Notes: generated by a model from the letters alone, not told the origin. 64,000 nucleotides of DNA from Babesia bigemina (GCF_000981445.1 NC_027218.1:2232001-2296000); one strand, 5' to 3'; shown: positions 45,876-59,300, counted from the first letter of the stretch. Translations and numbers: made by a program.

Positions 45876-48269
45876 ATGGATTGGCATATGCTTACGGCAT
45901 CAGCGTCAGCGCTGGCGCCGCTCGATGCTGGCATACAGCATACGTCGGTGGTCAACATCTTCAAGCTATCCAAGGAGTGGGCCAACGCAGCAGGGGCTGA
46001 CGAAGCTTTTGCCCCTGAGTCGGCTGGACAACCGTCTGGAAGGCATGATAAGGAGAAAACTGGTTACGTAGTCGACTTGGATGACGGCATTGTCGATGAG
46101 GAAGGCACACAATGGTGCGACAAGGACCTGCAGCTGTGGGAGCGTGACAAGGCGGCTGTCGTTGAAAGCCTGATGAACCGACTGCGCTCATCGGGGAGCA
46201 GCGCAAGGATTCGCGACAAGCACGACAGAAATGGGGAGACTCCTGCGCAGAGCAAAGCAGAGCCGGCACGCGAGGCCCCGGATATCGTCATGTCGCACGA
46301 ACTTGAAATGCTGCTGAGCTGGCTCGATCGCCACGCGCACAACACCGCAAGCATATCCGAGGAGGCTAGGCGTATATTTGTGGACAACATGATTCCGCTG
46401 CTCCGCAAATGCGACGCAAATGCGCACAACTTCATCTCATTCATGCTCGACATCGCACGCCTGGGGGACGGCAAGAAGCCGGACTTCATGAAATCGTATC
46501 TAAGAGTGGCACTCAAGCACCTGCAGAAGCATGCGTGGGGGAGTTTGCACCTTGCAATCCTCAACACCAAGGGGATTTTCATGGACGCCCTGATCGCAGC
46601 GCCGCACCAGAAGCCCCAGGAGATACTCAAGATGTGCGTGGAGTGCGCCCAGCTCATATTCCCCAGCCAGACTGCTCATATAAGCTCCGGAGCAAAGCCG
46701 CAGAATAGTGAGTACTACTTCTTTATCGCATACCTGCTATTCCGCGCTGGCTCCGAGGAGGGGTTGCGCATTTTGATCGGCAAAAATGGCCGCTACGAGC
46801 TACCTCCCGGGATGGAATCCGAGCGGTACCCTCCAATGTACACAGACATCTGCCAGTTGCTGATTGGCGTGATGCAGGACAAGGAACCGGATGCCAACAA
46901 GCAGGTGCTGCTCGGCAAGTTCACAGCGGAGTATTTCCCAACGAAACAGGCCAACAGCATCACTCTATTGGGGAAGGGAAGCAACTTCTATGCACTGTTG
47001 CTGCTCAGCATTATCTATCCGGACTACTACTTGCCCTGTGATGCGGATTCGTTGCACACTAAGGAGGACTATCTTTGGTACCAGATTCACATCATCTTGG
47101 CCGGGTCGTCCACGTCCCTCAGCATGTCGGCTGCGACGCTGTGTCACAATTTGACGCAGGAGGTCAACACCATCAAGGCGACCGACGCGAATGTTGTTGA
47201 ACGCGTATTTACGTATGCGTATTCCCTGGCGCTGGTGGGAGGGGTGATGGAGGCGCTCCGCCTGCTGATGTCCGCAGTGCACGACCCTAACGTCCAAGCA
47301 GTGGCCCTGGTGTTTTTGGTGTATTTCGAGAACACCGGGCTGCTCGGCGCGGATGATCTCAGGTACATCGCAAGCGCACTCTGGAACATGGAGGAGGGTA
47401 CGGGGAAGTTGGAGGAGGTGCCGTATCTCACCCAACTCGCATTCAGCAGGAAGAGAAACGTGTCGCCGGAGCTCAAGATACTCATTGCCACCATACTGCC
47501 ACAGCAGAAGGCTACTGCTTGCATGAAGTACGTAGTGTCGGAGAACTTTAACGACGCAGTTAACACGTGCTTTATCGGTACCGCTACCACGCGCAACGGA
47601 ATGTTGGTGATCGGGCCCCTGTTGCAGAAGCTCATCAAGCTCGCCACAAGACGTAGCGCGGCGAAGCTTGCAATCCAGTTGATGGCGCAGTACTCCGCGC
47701 ATGTAGGGCTTTGGGCAGCGGCGTTCAAGTGCTTCTACTGCACTCAAGACGTGGAAAATTGTGTCTCAGTGCTGGAAGCCTGCTGCTGCTACCTCTACGA
47801 CAACGCGGAGCAGTCGGGTGCCACTGCCGTTACTGGCGACGACCTCTGTGTCTACTTCTCCCTCGTTAAGAGTCTGGCGCCTGGAAACAAGCGTTTGGCC
47901 GAGCTCAGCAGTCTCTTCGACTGCATTAACGTTTCAGTGCTAGTTAAAAAAGGCGACTACGCCGGGGCCGTCATGGACGCCAGGCGCAATCACATCTTTG
48001 ACAGCGTCGCACATGTCTTGCGCAACGAGTCGCACCAGATATACTTCAACGCGCTTGTGGACTACATCAGGGCGCTCAAGCACATGGTTGAAAATGGCCA
48101 CCAACCGGGAACTCTTCTGACACAACCTGAGGCACACAACCTGGTGGACCTCTTGGAGTCGGCCTACCAAAACTGCAACGCCGACAAAAATCGCACGGTG
48201 GACGCTATACATATGCTCATGACCTTCATCACCATAGTTCCACCGAAGCCTGGGCAGGACTTCGCATAA
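45876..48269 (+). CDS. NUP93: Nucleoporin Nup93/Nic96-like alpha-solenoid protein
   Basis: Ordered motifs FIAYLLFRAG, NFYALLLLSII, TKEDYLWYQI and YAYSLALVGGVMEALRLL match Nic96 (IYY..RCG, DPYK..VY.II, TEDYLW..L, YF..L.L.GQFE.A..FL). Confidence 0.65.
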   Translation: MDWHMLTASASALAPLDAGIQHTSVVNIFKLSKEWANAAGADEAFAPESAGQPSGRHDKEKTGYVVDLDDGIVDEEGTQWCDKDLQLWERDKAAVVESLMNRLRSSGSSARIRDKHDRNGETPAQSKAEPAREAPDIVMSHELEMLLSWLDRHAHNTASISEEARRIFVDNMIPLLRKCDANAHNFISFMLDIARLGDGKKPDFMKSYLRVALKHLQKHAWGSLHLAILNTKGIFMDALIAAPHQKPQEILKMCVECAQLIFPSQTAHISSGAKPQNSEYYFFIAYLLFRAGSEEGLRILIGKNGRYELPPGMESERYPPMYTDICQLLIGVMQDKEPDANKQVLLGKFTAEYFPTKQANSITLLGKGSNFYALLLLSIIYPDYYLPCDADSLHTKEDYLWYQIHIILAGSSTSLSMSAATLCHNLTQEVNTIKATDANVVERVFTYAYSLALVGGVMEALRLLMSAVHDPNVQAVALVFLVYFENTGLLGADDLRYIASALWNMEEGTGKLEEVPYLTQLAFSRKRNVSPELKILIATILPQQKATACMKYVVSENFNDAVNTCFIGTATTRNGMLVIGPLLQKLIKLATRRSAAKLAIQLMAQYSAHVGLWAAAFKCFYCTQDVENCVSVLEACCCYLYDNAEQSGATAVTGDDLCVYFSLVKSLAPGNKRLAELSSLFDCINVSVLVKKGDYAGAVMDARRNHIFDSVAHVLRNESHQIYFNALVDYIRALKHMVENGHQPGTLLTQPEAHNLVDLLESAYQNCNADKNRTVDAIHMLMTFITIVPPKPGQDFA

Positions 48270-49046
48270 GCACAGTGACCCTGCGAGGGCCACGATATAT
48301 GCTGTAGGGCAGCTGAGATTACATTATCTAAATCTCGATGTCTATAGTTCGTGATTTGCTTCACGCTAAAGTAGAAGTGGGGTATTATGTTATGTTGGCA
48401 GTGGTGAATATAGCAGTCGAATGCTGTATTCGTAAAGTCTTATAAGAGGCCATTCGGTTACGTTGCCGTTGTGCTGAGTGAGTCAGTGTGGCCTGTGCCA
48501 TTTTGGTGGCCTGGACGTAATTCATCTTTTCTAACTTTTGTATGCATGAGTAGTAGTTATCTATGGTATGGTGCCGGGGGGGCTGTTCAATATAAGGTGC
48601 CACTACGTTGAGGTTCGCATTGTATCGTATGGGTGCTACATTACAAGATGGTTAGGTGGGTTAGGCAATGACGTACGAATGGTTATGAGTGACATTAGGG
48701 CAACGATAAAGGTCAAACTCAGAGGGACGATTAAAACTTCGGGTAAACCATTTTGTTTAGTGTGTCGACATGTGCGGCGACGGTGTGAAAAACGGGCAGC
48801 CCGAGGTGCGGGAGGATCTGGAGCGTGTCAAGAAGTCCAACAAAAACGTCAGTCCAGTCACCGTGGTCCATCCTGTGTAGAATACCGATCCACATTGGTC
48901 ACTACGTCTAAATATAATTTGTGAACGTCTCGCTGGGTACACTGCGATGCACGATTTCGAACCATTTAGTAATACGATATTAGATCAGCATTGTGCCATT
49001 TATATTGGATACAATGAACTAAGTGCGATATTACAAAGTGTTGGGC

Positions 49047-49427
49047 TTAATTATAAAATGCGATGCAAAACGGTAATTTGCGGACGATGTATTCGCGGAC
49101 TTGGGGGAAAGGCAGAATGTGAAAAGCGCATAAATGTAAGATGAGTATTAGGAAGATTATTACGAGGATGATGATGGAAGCGGTGACAACGGCGGAACGC
49201 CGTGCACGTTTACTCTCACAACATGGACAATCACAATCTGGTTGACATGTGGTCTCACAGATTGCAGGGTCACAATTATACATATCACCGCGATATACGC
49301 TGTTCTCCAAACATTTTGAACACTCACCACCGATTGACATACACCTCTTACAACACTCGACACGGCATATACAACGGTCGTCGGGACACTTCATGTCCCC
49401 TCCACGACATCTACACTCAGCCGACAT
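49047..49427 (-). CDS. Small Cys-rich protein with a C-terminal transmembrane helix
   Basis: 126-aa ATG-initiated ORF with a Cys-dense first ~70 aa (CRC, CICRVECCKRC, CDCPCC), then KRARR and a strong TM segment (IIILVIIFLILILHL). Confidence 0.55.
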   Translation of the reverse strand: MSAECRCRGGDMKCPDDRCICRVECCKRCMSIGGECSKCLENSVYRGDMYNCDPAICETTCQPDCDCPCCESKRARRSAVVTASIIILVIIFLILILHLCAFHILPFPQVREYIVRKLPFCIAFYN

Positions 49428-50305
49428 CTTCCACTACCGCCTTTACCATCAACATTCAAACTATGAAAGGTGTATCTCAGTCCCGGATACCAACCAACTC
49501 CCATCGGCGCTCCGACCAACCGCGCTACCGCCATTCAACGCACAGCCAGTCACATCACAAATATGCAGATATCACAACAAAGACGCTGCCAAGGTAACAC
49601 ATGTGGCTGGTATCTTAGCAGAGGCATGCAGGGCAACCCATGCCAGTTCCACAGTAAACTCCATCCATCACATACCACGCCACTTCGTCACTGCTCTGTG
49701 TCGATATGCTGGTGTTCCAAGTAGTGTACAGCAGACGTACAGCACACGATTATCATGTTTGTCATTTACAGTGTTGCAATTAGCGTCCCATAACTAAGCC
49801 GTCCACTGGCCACCACGTAGGAGAGGCATCACTTGTTGCTTAGCGACGCATATGGTACTACCTTGCTGCCACTCATATAACTAACCATCCATGACGTCAC
49901 CTAACATGGCACTCGACAGTCGCCTACGTTGGTGGCCAAATACGTAGTTTCACATTGAACTGCGGTGATATGACGTAGACGTCTCAAAAGTAACTCACAA
50001 CTCAACGTACCGGACAACAAACCTCCAAACGCGCAGACCAAATTTAAGTTTAGGATAGCATTTAGGTAGAAGCTTGCGTGATTTTTAGGTTAGCGCTTTG
50101 GTTGGGCGTTAAGTCAGCCTTTTGGCCAGTCACTAGGTCAGCTGCTAGGTAGGGTGCCTGGTTAGTGTCATGGGTACACATGAGAACACAGTGATGGCAA
50201 CGTTGACGATGAAAGTAACAATCTTAACCGACAGACATGACATCAACCTGCAGTAAACACATCAAACAACACAATGTACAATGTACTATGTAACTGCGAT
50301 AATTA

Positions 50306-53300
50306 TTATTTTAAGTTGAGCAGCTCGTTGGGGTCGTCGTCGAAGTAACTGGCGTTGTAGAGTGAAAGCATTTTTCTGCTCGGGATGAGTAGCGCCTTGA
50401 CATCAATAAGGTGTGAGGCCTTGGTGGTAAGGAGATGTGACCTGATGCGTAAGACGTCCATGCGGTACAGGGAAGTGTGGAGTATGTACAGCGCCACAAG
50501 AGACCACAGTGCGATGAAGCAGTAGAAGAAAGGCATCCGGATGTGCCACATGAGTTGGTCGATTTGCCGGAACAATTCAGTGAAGTGGTCGGAGTGCAGC
50601 GCCCTTTTGAGTTGTGCGTTGAGGTCTCCGCAGCGCATGGCACGATTATCGGTGACCAGGAGATTTGCGTTGCGATACGTGAATCCGTGGCGGTAGAGTG
50701 TGGGCAGAGGTCCGGCGCAGTGGACGATGGATGGGCAGTGGCAGGTGTCCTTCCCACCGTGTATGCCTGGTTTACAGGGGCATGTGGCACACCCGGAGGC
50801 CGTGCAGTCGATGTTGTCCAGAGCCTGCAACAAATCAAATAGCAACTCCCAGAACTGCCATGCCATGTACATTATCCACGTGATGTATAACCGCGCGTGC
50901 TTCTGCGGGTAGGTGTGACGGGCGTGGAGTCCTAGGGGTTGGAGGTAGGGAGCGCATCCACTGGGTGACTTGCAAGTGAAGTCGTTGAAGAGGTTCGACA
51001 GCGCATCGTGGCTTATGTGGTCATGGCCAGCGAGTGATGCGATGGCACTGGTAAGCTTGTGATTTTCATAGCTGCCGTGGAGCTCTTTCCACAGCGGGAA
51101 GAGACTGTCGATGCCGTCGGTGTTGAGATGCGATATGAAATCGGAGGCATCGGTGTACGTGCCTCCACGGTGTTGAACGCGGTCATGAGAGTCCCACCGC
51201 CGTAATACCTGCGTGAATAATGAGAACATATCGGCCAGTGATGAGGGTGCAGTGGGACACAACAAGAACAGAGTCCGGCACAGCACGAAGAGGCATGAGT
51301 CGGCGTCACGGCACATATCTCCGAGGCGCTTGGCGAGATCCCAGCCGGTGCCACTTATGGAGGCGGCGAAGCCAAGGTCCCAGAAGCCGAGTGGAGTGAG
51401 GCACTGCTGGCCAGGTTGGTTGGCGGCGCAGTTGGCACATTGGATGGTCATGTCAGCAGCAGTTAGGGTATGCGGCAGTAGACCTTGGCAGTGGTCGGAG
51501 AGGAACGACTGGAGCGGCGAGGTGGGAGGGCAGCCGGGATTGGAGGTGGAGGAAGTGGTAGTTGTTGCAGCAGTAGTAGTGCTGATAGTACTAGGGTAAG
51601 TGCCGATTTGTTTACACTGCCAGTGGTTTGACTGCACCTGCCTGCCGTACGCGCACTCCCGCCACCCCTTGACCCGGGCGGTGCTGCGGCAGCACTGGGA
51701 GTACAGGAAGTAGAGCACTTTACTTAGACGGCATGTTATATCACGTAGCATTTCAAGCAGTGCGTCTGGGTCAGCCGGGTAGTGGAGCCTGGCGCGGTTG
51801 TTGGAGAAGTCCACCGAATACGGGTAGGCGGCGAGGTCGAAGCCGTGGCCGTTGCCCTGGATGGCGGTGAGCAGGGCGGTGGAGTGTGAACAGGCTGATG
51901 CGATGATAATAGGTAGCTCACCAATGCACTTGGCCATGATGGGATCCTCCTTGTTAGGGGTGTCGCCATCGTGGCATCGGCGGTTGAGCAACGCCTTGCA
52001 GTGCCCAGGTAGCTTGTCAGCCACCATTGTATACTGCAGCCCGGAGAGCCACGACAACATGTCCCTGACTGTGCACGGGTATCGTGGCTCAGGGGGAACA
52101 GGGATGTGGCAGACCTGGAAGTAGCGGCATAAGAGGTTGTACAGCAGCGATATGATCTGGACAAAGTTAATTCCGTTTTTCATCGGATCACCGTCAATCA
52201 TCATCTCGATGTCCACACTCTCAATTGGGGTGAATAGCAACTCGTAAATCCCACCGCCAGTAAACACGTTGTTCAATTCGCCATCCTGCTCACCCCGTGA
52301 ACTGGACACCCTGTAGCCGCACCTGGTGAGGTAGTTGCCAAGCGCGTTGTCCCTGTCGCCAGCAGTGAACATACTAATGGGAAGATGTTTCCACTCACCT
52401 TCACATTTCATCATCAACTTGTTAAGCGCTTTGTGCGTCATAGGTATCAGGCTGAGGAACACCTTGGCGTACTTGTGTGAGTGCTCCTCCCTGCACCGCT
52501 GACCGGAGTAGGTAGATAGGTACGTGTTGCCAAACTCAGCGGCAAATTTAGTGAGACCGCGAGAGACCGTATCCAGCAGTGGAGTGCACAGGTGCTTGAA
52601 GTCGGAGGGTACGAAATCACCCAGCGCCTTGGTCAGCCTCTCAACCAGCTCGGTGAGTTTGTCGGCACCGTCATCATTGTCTCTAAGGTAGGCGAGCAGC
52701 GCGGTGAGCGCTTCATAAACATCATTAAGCTTGGGCGTGTATGGCTCTTCGGTCGGTGGCAAAGAGGGATTCTGCTCTTTTTTTTGCTCATCGTGCAGCC
52801 TGGTGATCTCAACCCTTATGTACTTCTCCATTTGCTCGAAGACCTCCTGGAATGCGGATGACAATTCTGCGACGCTCTGTTCGTCACCTGTTAGATCGGA
52901 GGTCAGCGATCCTTGCAAGTACTTCATGAACCCTTTATAGCCTATGTACCTTTCCCTGTTTATTTCATTCGGCAGCTGCTCCAAATCCTCCTCCACTTTT
53001 TTGACAAACAATTCCAATGCCTCCTTCACTGAGTCCACGTACAGCGTACGGGCCTCCTTGGTGAGGTCCTTGATGGCGTCGTACACGTCATCGTCGACGT
53101 GCTTCAAAAGGGCGATGATGGTGTTCTTTTCCATCTCGTCGGCTTTATTAAGGAAATCGTCACACAACCTGATGGCCTCGGCCAGATCGGTGAGTCGGAG
53201 GTTGTCGAAACCATCTTGTATGTCTTTGAGTTTGACGTCGATATGTGGATCACCCAGCTGAATCAGATTCAAACCCAATTGTCCAGCTGCGTTGGTGATT

Positions 53301-56300
53301 TCAGTGGACATGGTGTTGAGATTCTGGGTGATAACCGGGATTTGGTTTTTGTTAAGGGAGTCAATTTCACTTTTGATTTTCTTAAGGCCTTTGTTGTCCT
53401 TATTGCCGATCTGTGTTCTTAAATGTTCTAAATTCTTTATCACGCCTCTTTTTTCGGGATTGTCGTCGCCAGTGCCCTGCAACACAGCTCTGAGACTCTT
53501 AAGCTCATCGGTTATCTCATTGATTCCATCCTGTATGTTTTGGGGTTGTTGTGACAACGTGTCATTTTGAGTGTTAAGGCGCTTTTGAATATTATCAAAG
53601 CCCTTGGCATTGCCATTCCATTTGTCACTTTTACCGAATCCATTGGTCACCAAATCTTTTAGCGGATCAGTGACATTTTTTTGCAAAGTCGCCCGCTGCT
53701 CTTCAAGTTCCTTGTTAATGGCGATTTTTGCTTCTTCAATTTCTTTGGGGTTATTAGTAAACGCATCTTCTTGCAGCCCACTAATTTTCTTATATATTCC
53801 GCGAAGGGTGGCATCATCATTACTTCCAATGAGACCAATTTTTTTTTGCAGCTCTTCTAAATTGTCCAGTACGTCGTCAGTAGCTATATCATCTCGTAAC
53901 TTCTGTTTAGCAGTTTTAAGCACACTTTGTGTATATGAAAGTACACTGTCAGTTGCTTTGTCTATTATTTTGTTTGCGTTGGATAACTTCTTATTCTGCT
54001 TTGTGACTTCCTTTTGAATGAGTCCAAGACCATGGATACCTGTCTCTTCCCACTCGCCTTCAGTGAGCCCATTATCCTTCAAGCGTACTAATACGTCGAT
54101 AACACCATCCTTGCCGCTATTGCCATCTATTAGCTCTTTTCTAAGCTTCGCAATCATAGTGATAATTTTTTCGACGCCTGAGTTGAATTGTCCGGGTTGT
54201 TGTGCCAACGATTCTTGCTGCTCTTTAAGTTCGTTTTCTATCAACTGGAGACCTTTATTGTGTTCAGCTTTAACCCAGGTATTTTCACTCAATCCAATAT
54301 CTCTCAAATTTTCAATTGCGTTAATGACACCATTGCCGTTTCCGTTTCTCAACTCACCTTGAAGTCTCTCTAGTTCCTTTGCGATTACTTCCTGTGCTCC
54401 CTCGATTACCGTCGGTTGTCTAGTAAGCTGCCCATTTTGCAACTTCTCAATAATGCTACAAATTGCTCGAAGGTTGTCACCATCTATATGTGCGTCTTTA
54501 CCTATCTTCCTTTGCAACTCCTTCAACTTGTCTAGGATATCATCATCAGTGAAGAGATTGTCCAACTTATATCCGAGTTTTAAAAGCTCCCATCTAATTT
54601 TTTTAATGGCTTCTCCTATAATTCCGGTTTGATCGGGCACTTTCCCACTCTGCATTTGAAGGTCCTCGTAGATTCTCAGAAGACCATCTACCTGACGCCC
54701 ATCATTGCCGTTCCATTGCCCACTAGCTAGACCAGCATCCTTCAAATCCTTCAATGCGTTGATTATTGGATCTTTATCACCACTCTTCAACTTCTTCTTA
54801 AGATCTTCAACCTGCGCCTTTATATCTGTGGCGATTTTCTCAATTGCCTTGGGTTTTGTACCAAACGCCTCTTTTTGCATATCTCTAATAGCCTCTATGA
54901 TTGCCTCAAGGCCTTTTTCTGTGTCAGCCAATTTATTTTTACCGATCCCCTTATGAAGCTCCGTCAAAAGCGCTTTTACGCCTTGTTCGCCTCCATCTAC
55001 GAAGGAGTTTGTTCCATTAACTAAATGGGTGATACCCAACAGCTCACTTGCAATTAGAGCAAACGCAGAGTTAAAGGTCAGTTCTTCAATCGTTTTTTTA
55101 ACACTTGGATCGGCCATTTTCAAGGCGTCATCGACACCGTCTCTTATCCTCTCAATCGCTTGTTTAAGCTTTCCTTCATCACCTCCATTTTGTTTAATGT
55201 GCTTTCTATATGCACCCAAGCTTAAGGTGTGCTTAAGTGAAACTGTATCACCACCACCTACCTTACCATCCCTCCCGATGTGCTCATTGAGTAAGCTTTC
55301 AAGTTGTGTTGGAAGCTCATCATTAATTTTCTGGTGAGCTTCGTGGAAATTCTGCATCTTACTCAGCGCTTCATCAAGATCCACATTATCACTGTTACTT
55401 ATCTCCTTAGCCGCCGCTTTAATCGCCCCTTCGGCCGCATCCTTGACCTGCTGCTGAGCTTGCTTGTCGAAGGTATCAACGGCGGTATCAAGGTCTCGGA
55501 CTGCTTCTTCAACTGGCTTTTTGACCTGTTCAAATTTTTGTTCAAGCCCCTTAACTTCCTCCCTTACTTTATCGATCGCGTTGTCCACTGCTTGGGCGGT
55601 GCCAATTGCGGGGGTGCCAGTTTTGGCCGCATTGGTAAGATTTGTATTAAGCCCATCAACAGTCTTCTTGGTTTCGTCTATAATTCCGCCAAACATTCGT
55701 ACCCCCAAGAAATCTATTTCTGAAGCCACCTGTTTAACGCACCTGCAGAGCGCAATTAAGGCTGTTTTAACGGCGGTGGTGAGATGTTCGGCATTTCCAC
55801 CCGACGTTCCTGCCCCGCCTGATGAACCCTGAATATTACGGACAATCGGAGCGATGGTTTTCTCTATTTCCACCTTCGTCAGCTTCGCGTCCAAAGCATC
55901 TGCAAATGTATCACAAGCCTCTTTGACCTTCGTCAAATTTTCCACGATGCTTTCTTTCACGTCGCGTAATGATATTTTATCCTGGCCGGCTGTGATTTGC
56001 TCATTAAGTGCCTCTTTAATTTTTTGTTTGAATTGATCTTTTAAAGCGTTGTTACGCTCATTGACTCTGCTATCATACTCTTTAATCCAAGATATCACAG
56101 CTTCCATCCCCTTTATCTGTTTACCTCCAGTATTCTGATTAATACCGAGAATATTGCCAATCCACCCATCGACTCTCTGACTAAATCCATGACCGCTCTT
56201 GTTCCTGTCCCCAAACCCCCGAACAAGCCCTTTCGTTTTAGATACAATACCATCAAGGCCTTTGGCGATTGGATCAGATGCACTACTCCCTGCCTTACCC

Positions 56301-59300
56301 TTAATCTTCTCAACTTCGTTGTTAATATGCTCAAAAATCTTGTGAAGTTGCTTTTTATCAGTCTCTGATGCGCTGTCGTTCTTTGGATTGATTTTGCCGT
56401 ACAGAGTCTGAATCGCCGTAGTGACCTTCTCGACCTCTTGGTTAAGCGACTCCTTTATTGCACTGTTGAACCGCTGGTCCATCTCCTTCAACTTCTGCTC
56501 CTTAATTTTACGACTCTCCTCGGTAAGCGTGTTCTTCGCTTGATCAAGCGCATCCAACTCTTTTTTAACAAGAGTGCCGCCATTTTTTTCATTTTTATTT
56601 ACTTTACCCTTGAGATTTCCAATCCGCTCCCTCAGCTTAACTAAATCCTCTCTAACTCTCTCACCCAACTTATTCACCTGCAACGTACTAATAACCTCCG
56701 TAATCCCCTGCTTAATTTTTGTCTTAACGTCAAACAAATCCTTCTTGAGATCTGAGTCCATCTCATTCACAGCCTCCAACGCCGATTTGACATTTTTTTC
56801 AACTCTCTGCTTAGCGTTTTTCGCCGCATCCAAAAGCCTTTTACCCTGATTTTTCAAATCTTCAGCTTGTTGGAAGATAACTGTTTTATTGCCTTTATCG
56901 TAATTCTTGGGATGTTCATTTTGCACTTTCTCCAGAATTTTGTCGCACTTCTCGTCGGCCTGATCAATGACTTTACCGGCGGCAGCTCTCCACTTACCTA
57001 GGTGGCCCACTTCTTTTTCAAGGCTATTATTTGCAGTAATAATTTCCTTGTTATGCTGTTCAATTTCATCAATTTTCTCGACAACAGCATCTTGCAACTT
57101 ACCATGAACTTCCTGCGCCTTTATTATAGCCCCGTCAAGCACCTCCTTAGCCTTCTCATTCCACGTTCCCAACTCCTTGAGTTTTTTCTCAACCGCATTA
57201 TTAACACCTTTAATTGCCTTACTAGCGTCCATAATTCTATTGACATTCTTGCTAAGTTCCTCATGAACACTCAACTTGTCGTACGCTTCCTTGGCCTTAC
57301 TTTCAGCGGCAGCGCGGATGCTCTCCGCCTCATTAATCCAGGTGTTCAAAAGCTTAACTTGTTGACCAAGGGTTTGATTGGCCTTATCAATTTCTTGTTT
57401 AGCGTCGCCGATCTCTTTAATTTTTTGGCCAATTGGATGGGATGCATCATGCGCATCTGGATTTAACTGTTTATGCACCTCACTAGCCTTATCAATCACA
57501 GTGCCAAGCACAGCCTTTGCCGCCTCTCTCCACTTCTGCAAATCCTCATTAACAGATGTTAAGCCCTTAGCAACACCATCAACGTTATCTTTAGCTGCAT
57601 TAATCTGCGTAATGCCTTGACTAATCAGCTGCTGTTTATCTCCGTGATCCAGCTTCTTATATACATCCTCAGCCTTTTTGACCACATCCTGAATCACTTT
57701 CCCGGCCACCTGCTTCCACTCTTCCAGATTTTTGTCTACCTCACTCAGCTCCTTATTAACACTTTTTATTTCCTGATTTGCTGTTTTAATCTGCCCAAGT
57801 TTTTCACTAAGGTCCTTATGAACATCCAAGCTGTTGTACACTTCCTGGGCTTTCTTCTGTGCCTGCTCACGGATTTTATCAGCTTCGGTGATCCACTTAC
57901 TCAACTTATCGACTTGACTTTTGAGTTGTTCATTAGCGGATGAAATAGTCTTTTCAGCGGTCTCAATATCCTTGAGGTTCTTGCCAATTGGATTGCCATC
58001 ACCTTTTTGTGAAGGATCCAACTGCCCACTCACCTCTCCGGCCTTCCCAGCAGCTTTGCTGATCACACCCTGCGTTGCATCTTTCCAACCTACCAAATCG
58101 TCGTGGACAGATAGCAGTTGGGTACTAACTTCCGAAACATTTTCCTTAGCTTCACTAATCTTCTCAAACCCTTGACTAATCTTTGTCCCAGATTTCTCAT
58201 CTTTATCCAACCTCTTGAATACATCATCTGCCTTATCCTTAGCCACATTGACGGCGGCGTCCGCCGTCTCAATCCACTGATTCAACTCCTCAACCTTCTC
58301 ACTAAGCTCACTATCAATGTCCGCGGCTGCCTTGTCAATCGCTTTCCTATTCTCTCCATCAAGTTCCTGCATTATCTTATTAACATACTTTTTCACATCT
58401 TGAATATACTCTTTCGCCTCATCCATCCATTGCCCGAGTTCCTTGACATATTCCTCCAGACTGACAGTAATACCTTCCAACTTCATTTTAACCTCCCTGA
58501 CACGGTCCTTCAACAACTCGACAACCGTATGCACCTCTTGTTTAATTTTGTCCTTGACTGCATTTGCAAGCTGTTTAAGCCTATTCTTGATTTTCTGTAT
58601 CATCTTGTCCAACATCTTTTTCTGCCCCTTCTTGGACCACCTGCTCAGCCAGTCGACGTGGTTGAAAAAGCTTCTCCTGGCGTTCTCAAGCTTCTTTTTC
58701 AGCTTGGGGTTCAGGTCATTAATGGCATCTTTGGCTGCCATGAGACTTTTTGACAATACCCTGGCAACCTCTTTGCACCCCTCGACCAAGGAGACAGCGG
58801 ACTCCACAGCTTTCTCATCTTCAGCTGACGTAGATGTTTCCGTTATCTGCAATATGTTTATACCTCTACACAACTCACCATCTGGTTTCACGTACTCCAA
58901 AACTGTTTGAATCGGCTCCTTTACTCTTTCGTTTGAAGCCTCGACAGCGGCGTTGTACCTCTGGAGGCCAGTGGCCACCTTGGGGATGGCTTGACAAAAC
59001 CCCTTGTGGCCACGCCACAGTTGGGATTTCAGCTGCACAATCACATCATGTAATACACTTCTACCAGCAACGTAAGGCTGGTTATCACAGACATCACTGA
59101 ACACGGCATACAGCAATGCCAGGATGGCATCGCACAGACGGGAGGCGTTGCCATATACAATCCCGGAACCGTCGTAGGTCCCACGATACCGATAACCTAA
59201 GAAGCTGCAAGCGGAGGCACAGAGATTATGTATAATGTTTTTATTAGGATTCTCAGAGTCTTTCGGAAGAGTACTCTGAAACGCCCGAAGTTTGGAGACC

